NCBI GenBank assembly: GCA_002633005.1
Contig: NMRA01000042.1
Coordinates: forward strand, 1,247,019-1,311,018
Reading direction: 5' to 3'
DNA length: 64,000 nucleotides
Source: Phoronis australis
Lineage: Eukaryota > Animalia > Phoronida
In this document: positions 37,809 to 49,200 of the stretch, piece after piece
How the letters are laid out: each line of letters begins with the position of its first letter
How positions within the stretch are numbered: position 1 is the first letter of the stretch
Notes under the pieces: generated by a model
What the model was told of the DNA's origin: nothing
The model's input: the letters and a program-made list of their open reading frames with translations, nothing else
Database searches by the model: none
Translations under genes and position numbers: made by a program

Positions 37809-38065
37809 TACAGTACAAGAGAAAAGATATCATACAATACCATTTCCCCTGTCATTACAGCTAATTCTGCAATAAAAATGACTGGTAATAACTAGTAGGC
37901 TGCAGTATTCTAATTACAGAATGGCTTAGCCAACTTTCCTGTTAATTCTCCTTCATTCCTGGTCATGAGGGGAGACAACTCTGACAATGAATTTGGTTTC
38001 TGCTCTGCCATCAGGACAGGGAATTCTGGGTCACCTTGTCTGAATACTTTTGGCGTGTGCTGTGG
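37809..38065. mobile_element. MITE family A, copy 3 (downstream of the EBP2 stop)
   Basis: Starts TACAGTACAAGAGAAAAG, ends TTGTCTGAATACTTTTGGCGTGTGCTGTG; shares internal blocks (AAAATGACTGGTAATAACTA, AATGGCTTA, CCTTCATTC) with copy 1. Confidence 0.7.
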
Positions 38066-39189
38066 GCCCGAGCCTGTAAACTCAAAACCCTAGCAAAGAC
38101 AGCAAAGTTACTGGAGTTCATATTCCAGTTACTTAATTAAATGTTAGTTGTTCCCATTCCAAAGTCTAAGACAAGGTGTTGAAGAGACATCTGGTGGTAG
38201 AACTGGGTTCTGTTTTATGAAAAGTGTTTCAAGTCTTATTTCAAAAAATTTGACTTGCGCTTTCACTGCACAATTACTGAATAAAGTTTTTGACTTTTTG
38301 AATTATCGTGGGCTTGATACAAACTGTGTACAGTTGTAATTCTAGTGTAAACAATAGTCTCGCTAGGTCTCGCTTCATCACCTGTTTTCTTATGGGCACA
38401 AATGAGTCACTGTGAGAAAATCAAGTTTTAACTAAAAGTTATATTGAGTACAGCATAGGCAGGTAAAAATGACTAACTGCATAGTAATTCAAAATAAGAA
38501 GAGCAGTTAATTCATCAAAGCCACTGTATAACCTTAGAAAATAAGGCAGTGTCTTGGTACTTGATTTCACAACTCGGTCATATTACATATTATAAACAGG
38601 GCTCAATATAAGTTTAAAAATGTGGATATCCCAACGACTTCAGGGACGATTTAATCACTCGTGCGATAAATACTAATATTTTTGATTGTCACGTGGAGAC
38701 TGGCCATGTTTTGAATTATGGAGAATAAAGTCTCACAGATTGGACTGTGTGTGTTACAGTTGCCATTTAATGTTTACAAATAATAATAGTAATATGATAG
38801 ACTCATAGTTCCCTACAGCGACTTGAATTGCTTGCTAAACCCCATGCTTCATAGAAAGATAAGACAAAACTGCAGTGTATTATTACTATAAATTAAGTAA
38901 TTCATGTTATTGTCTCAACAGGCATCCAAGTCTTGTTTCGTAAAAAGTGGGTTTTAACAGACTCGAGACCTTACGCTTTTTACGATTGGTCTTACGCTCC
39001 CACTTGAAAAAGCTAATTAACATATAGCCAAGTAATTGCGAGTGCATCGGCTAGAAATAGTTTTTAGTTATTCGTAATATTTTCAGAGACTTTCCACTTT
39101 AGCTCAAGTGAGCTTTAGTTATACAATTTCAAAAATAGTTGTGCAGAGCGGAAGACCAAATTTCTGTCTAGAGTCTTATGTCACTTTTT

Positions 39190-39430
39190 AGGAGGCAGTG
39201 TGGCCTGGTTGATAAGTGCCCGCTTTCTTTACTCGAGGTCGTGGGTTCAAGTCCCACCATGTCACACTGCTAAACACTTGAGCCAGGTTTCTAGCTCCTC
39301 AGCTCGGATTTAACCATATATCAATAAAGCATAAAAATATTTCCAGGTGATCAGTGCAATGGGCCCACATGCGAGGCCTGCGCACGTCTGATACAACGTG
39401 TATCAGACCACCTGCAATTATTTTTTTTTA
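39190..39430 (+). mobile_element. tRNA-derived SINE family S1, copy 2
   Basis: A box TGGCCTGGTTG, B box GGTTCAAGTCCC, shared body CTTGAGCCAGGT..CTAGCTCCTCAGCT..TTCCAGGTGATCAGTGCAA, 3' hairpin TCTGATAC/GTATCAGA, poly-T tail. Confidence 0.85.
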
Positions 39431-40617
39431 TATGTCACTTTTTACGAAACGGGACTATAAATATCTGCCGGATATCTTTAACAGCAATGTACGACCTCAA
39501 CCAAACTAGTGCAAAATCTCCACCTGATGAAAATGAAGAAAATGCTAGCAACATCCATTACGATGCTTGATCAGATACAACAAGTCTGTACCAATTAACT
39601 TTATTCATCTATGGTATAAATACATTTGAATTAAAGACTCGTATTTGGCAGTGATCATGATCTTCATATAGATAACATTCCTACCTTCAGCTTCATTGGA
39701 ATAATTTGTTATCTGGATGCTACAAGGAATAGATTAATGTAATGTTAGACCTGTGATACCTCAATGGTGCTATGTCACAAACATTTTGATATACAAGGTT
39801 TTCATTTACATTTTTAAGTAGGATTTCAAAACCAATAAATAAAGGATGTATATTAAGTCATTATGTTGCCCAGCTGCTACATTTTAGGGCTTGGAAGCTC
39901 TTCAAATTTCTTCCCCGTTAAAGCAGAAGCGATAAAGAATGCGCAACAAGAGAACAACATTTAAATGAGCAAAAGCCCAATAAGTTAAAATCTTTGATTT
40001 TGATAATTATGCTGTATAAAATACTACAGGTGAAAATGGTGACCACAAATGAACAGACCAGCCGTTTACAAGGAGTTGCTGGACAGATTGCAAATAGTGA
40101 ATATAATGCTGATAACAGTTCATTCTGAAACATTCTGAACAGCCAACTGCTACCACAATCCCACAATTCCCTGCTTCGGGCGTGAAAAAATGTCCACATC
40201 ATTAGTATACCCAATGTTCAGTAGCAGTCTTCAAACAAGATCAAGTTTTAAGTCAAACACAACGTTCATGGCTGTATGCCACTCTCTAGTGTGCTGAAGA
40301 GGTGACTCAATTCTCTTGTGTCAATAATCCACAAATGTGTTGTTTTCACTGTCCAGTTATCACTTTCCTGGCTATGACCTCCAGTGTTCATGTTGCTAAA
40401 TACAGCTTGTTTGTCAAACCACCGTTTTGGGTGTTGAATATCAACCACCAAAATGTCTCATCCAACTGTTTGGGCAAGCAGTGTTTTTAGCGCCCATTTG
40501 AGAGGCTGGTCTAGCTAACCCGTCAGTAGGGTATAATCAACACTTTTTGTTCCTCATTTTTCTCAAATGAGCGCTAACTATCGCATAATGGCGAAGGTAC
40601 GAATAGTTTGTGAAATA

Positions 40618-43600
40618 TTATTGCATATTTTCAGTCTGTTCCTTTACCATCCAAACAGCATCCATGAATTTTGTAATTGCTGTATTCTGTCGAGCAAAAC
40701 ATAACCTTTTGTCTGACCGGTCGGCGTCGATCTACAAAATGAAAGAATATTTTGAAATTATGCTTTTGACTATGTAGTGTTCATTCATGGCATTGAATGT
40801 ATTTTTCTTAAACCCTTGTGCAATGTTATCTTTGAAAAACATCGTTTTAGTTCAAATTTTGAAAAAGCGTGTTAGCGTTCCTAATTACTTGTCATAACAC
40901 TGTTTACCTTCATAGATTGTTTTAACAGAAACATTCACAGCAGTGATCTTGATTTGAGTTTGAAGTTTGCATTGCTATCTTGATCTAATTCAACACTGCA
41001 TGGCCTAATATTCATCAGCGGCATCACATTGAATAAATATGAAATTGGTGTTCAGCATCTAATAATAAGTCCAAAATAGATTTTATTACATTAAAAAGTG
41101 AAACACAATCTCTGCTCTCGCAAAGGTCTTAGCTACAAGTCTTTCAGAAAAACTGTATAAACCATTCTGTGACAATAAAATTTATTGACTGAGAAGTTAA
41201 ATTTTTAACAATACATGATAATTGATCCAAAGATTGTTTTGCACACCAGTAGTGCAAGTAGAAGGTTCGACAACTAACTTGGAAATTTAAAGGTACATTG
41301 TCTGCAACTGACCATTACAGGACACAGAATTATTAATAAATCAGATTTACGTCGTTTTCTGTGACCTAGGCCATTGGAGCCTTTCACTTAATGATTCATA
41401 CAATGTAGGCAATGCAGAGTTTTGAAGACTTCTAGGTGTAAAATAAAACATATCCATACCAGGGGCCTTGTGATCCAACCAATCTCTTGTGCCTCTGTTT
41501 GAGGGAACATGTATTTTTTGACTGGCTCTTGCTGGGCACGGCGTATAACTTGTTTAAAATGAGCTGAAACAAATTGATGAAATTATGATCTGGATCCACA
41601 GAATTTTTAAAAATATTTATAATCGAAATTTGTAAGATACATACTGGCTACTATCTTGTGAGATTTGACACTAGGGGACATTAAGTTTAACTCGACTGAT
41701 GGTAATAACCACTGACAATGAACCCACTATTTGAGAACCAGTTTCCAGTATTAAATGGGCATCACGCTTGTCAAAAAATTTATCATTGCTTGACTGAAGT
41801 ATAATTGCTTTTCCTGAGTAGTAAGCCTATGAAAATTTAAAAAACAATAATTTTTTTTTGTCATTAATTCCAGAAACATCTGTTATATATGCGCTCTTGA
41901 ATTGGTCAAATGTCCATTTATTTGTATATAAACTTTTGAGAATTGCAGCTGATTCACGCATCGAATACAGAGGAAAGAGTGTTTATACGTATCGCAATAT
42001 GCGTGAGTAATATACGAAAGTTGTCGCTATACTTACGATCTTCTTCCCCCTCCATGGAGTCATGCTGCGAGTTCACTTTACTCGTTGTTGTGTGAACTGT
42101 AATGGGAAACAGGAAATTTAGTTACAGGTTTGAAATCTGAGTTTGAATAATCCAATTTATGTTTGTCTAAAAATAATTCACAAGGTTTCTATTAAGTGAA
42201 ATAAAAAGTAAGGGGGCAACTGAGACCATTTGACGTACTCAAACTATTGTTGAAGTCAATAAACACAAAACTATACTTATTATCATGTTTGTGGAAATAT
42301 TCATTGACTCTTAAGCGAATAGCCTGCAAAACTAACAATAAAGATAATATACATTCCACCAATGGTATTTGTCAACTGAAAAGCACGTTTTACTAAACCT
42401 TTCAATGTGCCTAGTGAATGTTACCCTGTTTTTTTCTCATGCACATTCTAAACATTGCTAAAATTAGCATGACTAAGTTTGCTAAGTTCAATATCCATAG
42501 GTACAATTCTAGGTATAAATAATGTGTAATTATCATTTAATTAAAAAGTAAATTCACTTACACAAAATGTTGATGTTGAGCAAATTGGTGTGACAACCCA
42601 AGCATCACAACAGCATGAAAATTATAAAAATCAAGTACAGGGGAGTACTGCTCTCCACAAAAATCAGAAATACATACCAATAAACCTGTTAGCTCATTTA
42701 TCATTTGTATGAATTCAAATGAGAAACCTTAATTTATAAGGCTTGGATGTCAATAATGTTTTTCCTACTGGATTTTTTGCCAAAAAGTTTTTTGATTTTG
42801 AAGTAAGTTTTGGCATAATTTTTTAACTTCTCCAAAATAAAACTCGAAAACTGCCTATTTCAAGAACGTACTTGACCAGTGAGAGCAATATTCTAGCTAG
42901 CAGCGAGTTAGTTTAATTGCAGCTAAGCATACAACTAATTCACTCAGTCACCATGTTACAAAGAGCCTCCTTTTAAGTTTTAAAAACAACACATTCCGTG
43001 CCTAGTCACAATGCAGTGTATGATATTTTTGTATGTTTGGTTAATATTTATGTCTCAAAAGCATTTTTTAACCTAAAAAGAGGCTCATTTTTAAAATTAT
43101 GGTAACTGCGTAAATAAGATTTATTAGAAAAGATCTGCAGGTAGGTATCTGAATACACCGAAGAGGAAAAGACGGTTGTGCTTAAACACAACACAACTTG
43201 TGATTTGACTGAAATCTAGCAGCCAATTTGGTTCCTAGCTCAAACACATAAATGGGTTGCGCAAACAGAACTGTAAAATAGTCAATTACAACAAAAATCC
43301 TAAATTCCTGACATGACTAGTTGTTACCTGATAAAGACTTTAGGACAAAAGAAAGATTTTTTAAAATGTACACAATAATTGCCCTTTGATCTAATAAATT
43401 TGAGCACTTTAGTTCAAATATCTTTGTAATTTTGGCAATTTTTTGTACAAAACTATGACGACTGAAAAAAGATTGAAACAAGTTTGTGGGAAGAAATTAC
43501 AACAGTTCCACACATCACATTTTGAATGTTTCTTGAATCAATGAGTTTTGAAGAACAATCATATGGATATTTGCGTATGGAAGGTATTTGCAGACTCAGA

Positions 43601-44517
43601 AATTCTAAACAAGAGCTGAAGACAGTGTAGACATATCATTTACTGACAAAGGCAAAAGGCAACTGGGAAATAAGATGCATTCTACGTGCAACCTGGTAAC
43701 ATAGATTACAACGAAAACTTAAGTACGGGGTATGTATACTTACAGTTGTCTAGAAAAGACAAAAAGAAGAGTATGAGAGTCAATAATACTTATGGAAATA
43801 AAAGTTATTAAAAGTATTCATCACGGGTGTTATGCCAATCTTTGTTAAAACTTGTTAGAGGCAATATGTCACAAAAAGAATGACCTGTGGAAGTAGCCAG
43901 CCAGCCACTGTTGCTAAAGTTGCTGAAGGCCCATACAGCGTCATATAGTTTATTTGTAATGTTAATTAGAATGTATTACTATTAGGTGATAAGCAGAATA
44001 ACTGGAATTCCCGGTGGAGGGTCACTCATATTAACAAGGCCGTGCTCACAGGCGTGTCACCAAAAATTACAAACAGACCCCCCACTGCAGGTGGCAGGTC
44101 TGCTAATTTCCACCCCCTTTAGCAGGATATTTTTTCTGCTACACCCCCTTTGCGGGGACGAAATAGAAATTTATGGGCCTATTGGACCCCGCGCGCGTAG
44201 TGCAAAACTTAATGAAAAAGTATCGCCTATACCTGCATGCAATTATTGATACATGCCTGTGGGCAACTTGTCAGTATAGGAGTGACCCCCGGGCTGTAAT
44301 TATAACCACTCAAACTAAAGATGGTGGGTTAAACAAACACATTGATTAAAACCAATAGACGGAATTTCACTATCAAATACTTACTTTTATTGAATGGGTT
44401 TACACTGTAATTTGTATATAGTTGCTGATTCCTGAGTTCTTTCCCAATTGTCTCATTCATGATTGCCTGTTGGTGAACAAAATTCACAGGTGGTCTTTCT
44501 GGTTTCGCCGCTGCCAT
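40618..44517 (-). CDS. CFAP144: Cilia- and flagella-associated protein 144 (FAM183 family)
   Basis: 4 exons: 44517-44385, 42096-42037, 41563-41460, 40731-40618. Translation VHQQAIMNETIGKELRNQQLYTNYSVNPFNK...PVKKYMFPQTEAQEIGW...RLCFARQNTAITKF matches the FAM183 pattern (VHQNQILRELYLKELR...KKYPEAQTENQEIGW in human, from memory). Confidence 0.88.
44010..44293. mobile_element. MITE with CCCGG...GTCACTC terminal inverted repeats
   Basis: Left CCCGGTGGAGGGTCACTCATAT, right revcomp CCCGGGGGTCACTCCTATA; GC-rich island in CFAP144 intron 1. Confidence 0.7.
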
Positions 44518-44611
44518 AGTTGCACCGTAACTGAGTTCTACACCTTCACCGGACTGTTGATACTGTAAGAATGAACGTCTGTGTTGTATCAGTGACCTAA
44601 ACAATCACCTT

Positions 44612-44626
44612 GTTGCTAGGGGTAAC
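44612..44626. promoter_or_regulatory. RFX X-box upstream of CFAP144
   Basis: GTTGCT-AGG-GGTAAC fits GTNRCY-N0-3-RGYAAC, embedded in a longer palindrome (ACCTTGTT...AACAAGGT), about 95 bp upstream of the ATG of a ciliary gene. Confidence 0.7.
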
Positions 44627-46240
44627 AAGGTACATAAAGAATCGGCAAAGTTTGTCTTCGTACCGCGCATTTATTTATATTGAGCTTAGTACCTGCTTCT
44701 CTGAAGTGGTTATTATTATGAACATAGTCATCTAGTCGAGTACGAGGTATTTTTAACATTTTCGTGGTTGTTTCATCCTCAGATTTTCATCTAATGTATT
44801 CAGTTTGTTGAGTGACCGGTAGGTGTCAGGTAAAACTCCCAGTATGCACCTCGATAACGCCATTTTTGTTTAAAACGGGAGAGGAGACCTTACTTTGTTT
44901 TGGTGTATGTTTTCTCACGGAAATACTTGATAGAGAAATCTATGTAAGTTAATTTGGGCAACGTTTCTCTCCACATATATTTGGGGAAGAAGTAGTGCAT
45001 TTTGGTTTATGCTATTTTGCATTGAGTTATAATATATGGTATTGACAATAACCTGGCAGCCAGCTGTATGAAGATTATCGTCAAAATACAGATAGGTGCC
45101 ACCGTTCCACTGTGTGTTGAGCTCCGTTAGACCCCGGAATTTCACACATCCTGGTTAGTTTTGCTCATCATCTTGTCGTGAAACCTATATCAACATCTAG
45201 AGCTAACGACCGGTGGCGGTGGAGGTGCACTGCATGCAAAACTTGAGAGTGGGAGTCGGGCAACAGTGACACTCGTCTCATGAGTCATGCATGGTTATAC
45301 AGGTTATTCCCCATTCATAGGCATCGCACCATAGGGTGCCCCCCCCCCCACTTTTTTCAGTGCTGAGCCGCCCATGCCATTGCAGTTCAGTAAGTGTAAA
45401 ACAATGTAATAAGCGTCTTTTTCTTGGACACTGGTAGGGGTATTGCTGTCCCTGATTTTGAGAACCAGTTTCATCCATTGAATAACGGGTCCATTTCAAG
45501 AGGACCGCAAACGCATCTCAATTGGTGGCGCTTTTTTATGACACATATATATATCATCCTTTCAGAGCATAACTGCATGTTTTTTGAGAAAAACAGTGGA
45601 AATAATGCTTAAAGAATTTGAAAGCATCCAGACTCAAGCTCTGCAATTAAATGAAATACTAGTAATAATAATAACATATACTTAGCTTCAATTTCATGAA
45701 GATTTTCAGTACTATTTGTTCACTCAAATATCAGAGGAATCGAAAAATGGTATTCCTAAAAGAGAATCATACAGTAAATTGGCACTGGAATCTTGTCACA
45801 TTATGGTACTTTGCAGTCTAAATTTGGCATCTTATTTCCATGACCACCAGACCAGACATACCAACCCAGCAGCTGCCTTACACCTTAGAATGTGAACTTT
45901 TAAAGCTTTGGACATAAAAAGTTTTTCAGCAAGATGTGTCTCCTCTCTACCTAGCATAAGTCTGACAAGTTTGGGAAATGACAGTTGCTTTTTGACAAGT
46001 TCAAGGCATTGTACGAAATCTATAATGATAGCTTTTGTAATGACGTTATTGGTGGGTTACCTTTGGACGTTCATTGAAAAGTGATATGCTGTCACTTTTA
46101 TCAAGACTTGAACTTTTCCTTTAACAACAAGATTGTGATTTGGTGTCTAATTGTGATTACATTTCAGTTTTAACTCCTGATTTTTTTCCAGATTTTCTAT
46201 TTTACAATGTATGAATAAGCATCTTGGCAAGTACTGAATC

Positions 46241-49200
46241 ATGGACCCTGGATACGAGAAGAGACTACTGCGGCAATGCAATGGACAGGGCTCGCCACTG
46301 TGTCTCTCTGTAGGTATTATGGAATTTTACTCGGTCAAAGTTGAAAATAATTAATTGTTTGTCAATGGAATGTTAGCCTCCATTCCTGCACTTTTTCATG
46401 GCACTGCGACTGTTCTAGTCTTCGAATGCATTTTTCTTTTTTTTTTCTGCATGCAACATTTCTCTGCTCACAAACCTAAAGTGGTTCTCATATGAAGAAT
46501 GTCCATTGTAAAGCCTAGGGATGAATTTTGTGATTGAAAGAGTAGTACCCTCTGTGCCTTGGATTGTAAAGGCTGGACCGTGAAATTTCACCAATTCTGG
46601 ACAAAGATAAGTGCCAAAGTCACTTTTTTTAATTTTCCAAAGGCTTTTGAACATGCTGTGAATGCTTGCATTTGTTCATGAAAAATATCTGATGGGAGCT
46701 ATTGTACAGTACTTGAACAAAGGTGAAATGTCACTTTAAATGGTGCTACTTATGTTTTCTGAAAGGAAAGAGAATCTAAATTTTCATTTGTCCACCATAT
46801 TGTGTTCTAAATTAGTAAGCTTTTACTGTATTAAACTTTCCACTTTTTTGACTTCTGATTTTTCCCATAAAGGATATTTAGTACCAAATTGTAACATTAA
46901 AATGATTTTCCACGTTGATTTTTATCATCTGCAGCTACCACCAGACATTGCTTTGAATGGCTGTGGGCATTCACAACAGTGTGAGAAGCCTTTCAAAAGG
47001 ATAAGAGGGCAATTTTGGTACCTTGTCTGAAATTGGTGGGATTTTAGCACAGTATTGCGAATGTGATGTGACACTACAGTCTATTGTGAATGTGATGTGA
47101 CACTAGAGTCTATTGCGAATGTGATATAACACTAAAGTCTATTGTGAATGTGATGTAACTCTACAGTCTATTGTGAATGTGATGTGACTGCAGTCTATTG
47201 GATAAGAACTGTGTGCAAGCTTGTGACAGTTGCCACTTGCCAATCTTGAAATACTTTGCTAGAAGGCTATTTTCGGAGTAATAATGGCATATAACTCTTT
47301 GGAGTTTAGGATTTATAAAAAAATTGGGAGTGTTATGGTCAGTGACTGTTCTGGAGAAAATTTAAAAGCCTCGGTCGAAGCAGTTTGTGAATTAACTAAA
47401 GAACTCTTCCGTGTTATTTGCTACAGCCTGCTGGAAGCCCCTCCTCCTCTCCGATGAAGGACAGCTATGGTGACAGGTTCATACCCAGTAGGGCTGGTGC
47501 CAGGTGGGCCATCAATTTCAACTCTAAAAAGGTACGCGTGGCTTTACCTCTTTCAACGTGTCTGCATATTAGTTTTAGGCTGGTGTCTTCTATTGGCAAA
47601 TAAGTATAATTTTGGAGTAGCAGTTATTTCTGTCTAGATTTATTGGCATTTAAGGGACAATAAAACCTACACCTGTCAAAAATGATTTTTATTTAGGGCA
47701 CTTATAGTTTAGAACTTGTGTCTCATTCTGGTCAATACTCAGACTAGAAGTGATTGTGGGTTTGATAGGAACTCTTGTTTCTTCAGACCTGGCTCATTCT
47801 GTTGCTTATTACAGAAACCTGGCTCATTGAATTTGAAACAAAAAGATAAGAATGCAATGTTGTTGCTTTGGAAGAGCAAATGTGCCTTTGAAGGAAGTTG
47901 ACGTTTTTGAAACCAGAATATGATGGATAGTGGCTCTTGAATTTTCTTGTCATTTCCCTAATTGCAGTTTTATGCGCCCACGCATTTATCTGTGGCAGTT
48001 TCAGGTTCTTTTTGTGATCTTGGCAGGTGTGTTCCTATTGCTGACTTGCTATGCACCCACTGGACTGGAGGCTATTTTAAGTTCACTAGATTGCTCTCAT
48101 CAGTGAGAATGTTTAGAACAGTAATCATCACTTGTATCTGCGCTCTATGCAATACACACAGTGGGCACATATATCAATGCTCCACATTGCTCTTGTTGTC
48201 ATTCTTGATGAAACCATAGTTAGTGAGCTAGTGTAATCATCACGGCAACATGCACTTCACCATAAAAGATCACGGTTATGTTGCTACAGTATACCCACAC
48301 TGCACTCAAAATGGCCTAATGGGCACGCATTAGCCATTACTGAAGAGACTTGTTAATTTTCTTGTATCAGGACCAGAGCCCGTCCCCCAGCCAAACGAGG
48401 AAGCCAAGAGAGGCCACTGCTGACAACAACAAAGATGGTCTGGCCTACACATGCCTGCTGAAGAATGAGCTGCTAGGGGCTGGCATTGAGGACCTCAAGG
48501 TAGTGATGGTGATTTTGCACTGATTGCCTCTGGGTGGAAGTCTTGTGCGTAATATGTAGTTTTGTCCGTAGTGTTCATTGATCGTGCACCTTGGCTTACA
48601 TGTCATGTTGAAATGATCCTGAATTCTTTTTTTTTTTTGAAATGATACGATCAGGAATTCCCATGGCAATTTTCAAGACATGGTATCCCTTTCTGTATCT
48701 ATTTAAGTAATGAATTTTATCATTTTAAATCCTGAAATTCATGTAGCAACTTTAAATACAACTTAAAGCATCTTTCTCTCTATTACTAGATGATTGTGAA
48801 TTCTAACAAGCTGCCCCATAACTTAGTTGTGAGCTTGATAAGAAGTTTGTTATGTGAGTGTTTTTGAAAATTGGCCAAATTCAGTTGCTTATCAATCCAT
48901 GGCATTGTTCATGATGATTAGAATACAAGATCACTTAGTATTTGCCAAGTCCAGCAAGTGTCGGGAGTGGGTGCCTATTAGTCAGAGAATGGTACTTAAG
49001 TTCAAGAAAGAGAACCTTCTTGTTCACTGTGTAGGATATTTTGCCCCTTGTTGACATTTGTCTAATTTATTCATCCTTGTTGACAGGACAATCAGCCGGA
49101 CGACCGACGTATCTTGGTGCCACGTGAGTCGCCCAACCTGTTCCAATATCGTGTACCTAGGCGGAGCCTTGATATGGACGACAGCTCGCCCTACTCCCTA

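Noticed and set aside
39500-40450. Possible small gene between EBP2 and CFAP144
   Set aside because: Candidate micro-exons give no consistent frame and contain stops; nothing recognisable.
47054-47200. CRISPR-like array
   Set aside because: Head-to-tail 29-bp units with no unique spacers, in a eukaryotic intron, no cas genes.
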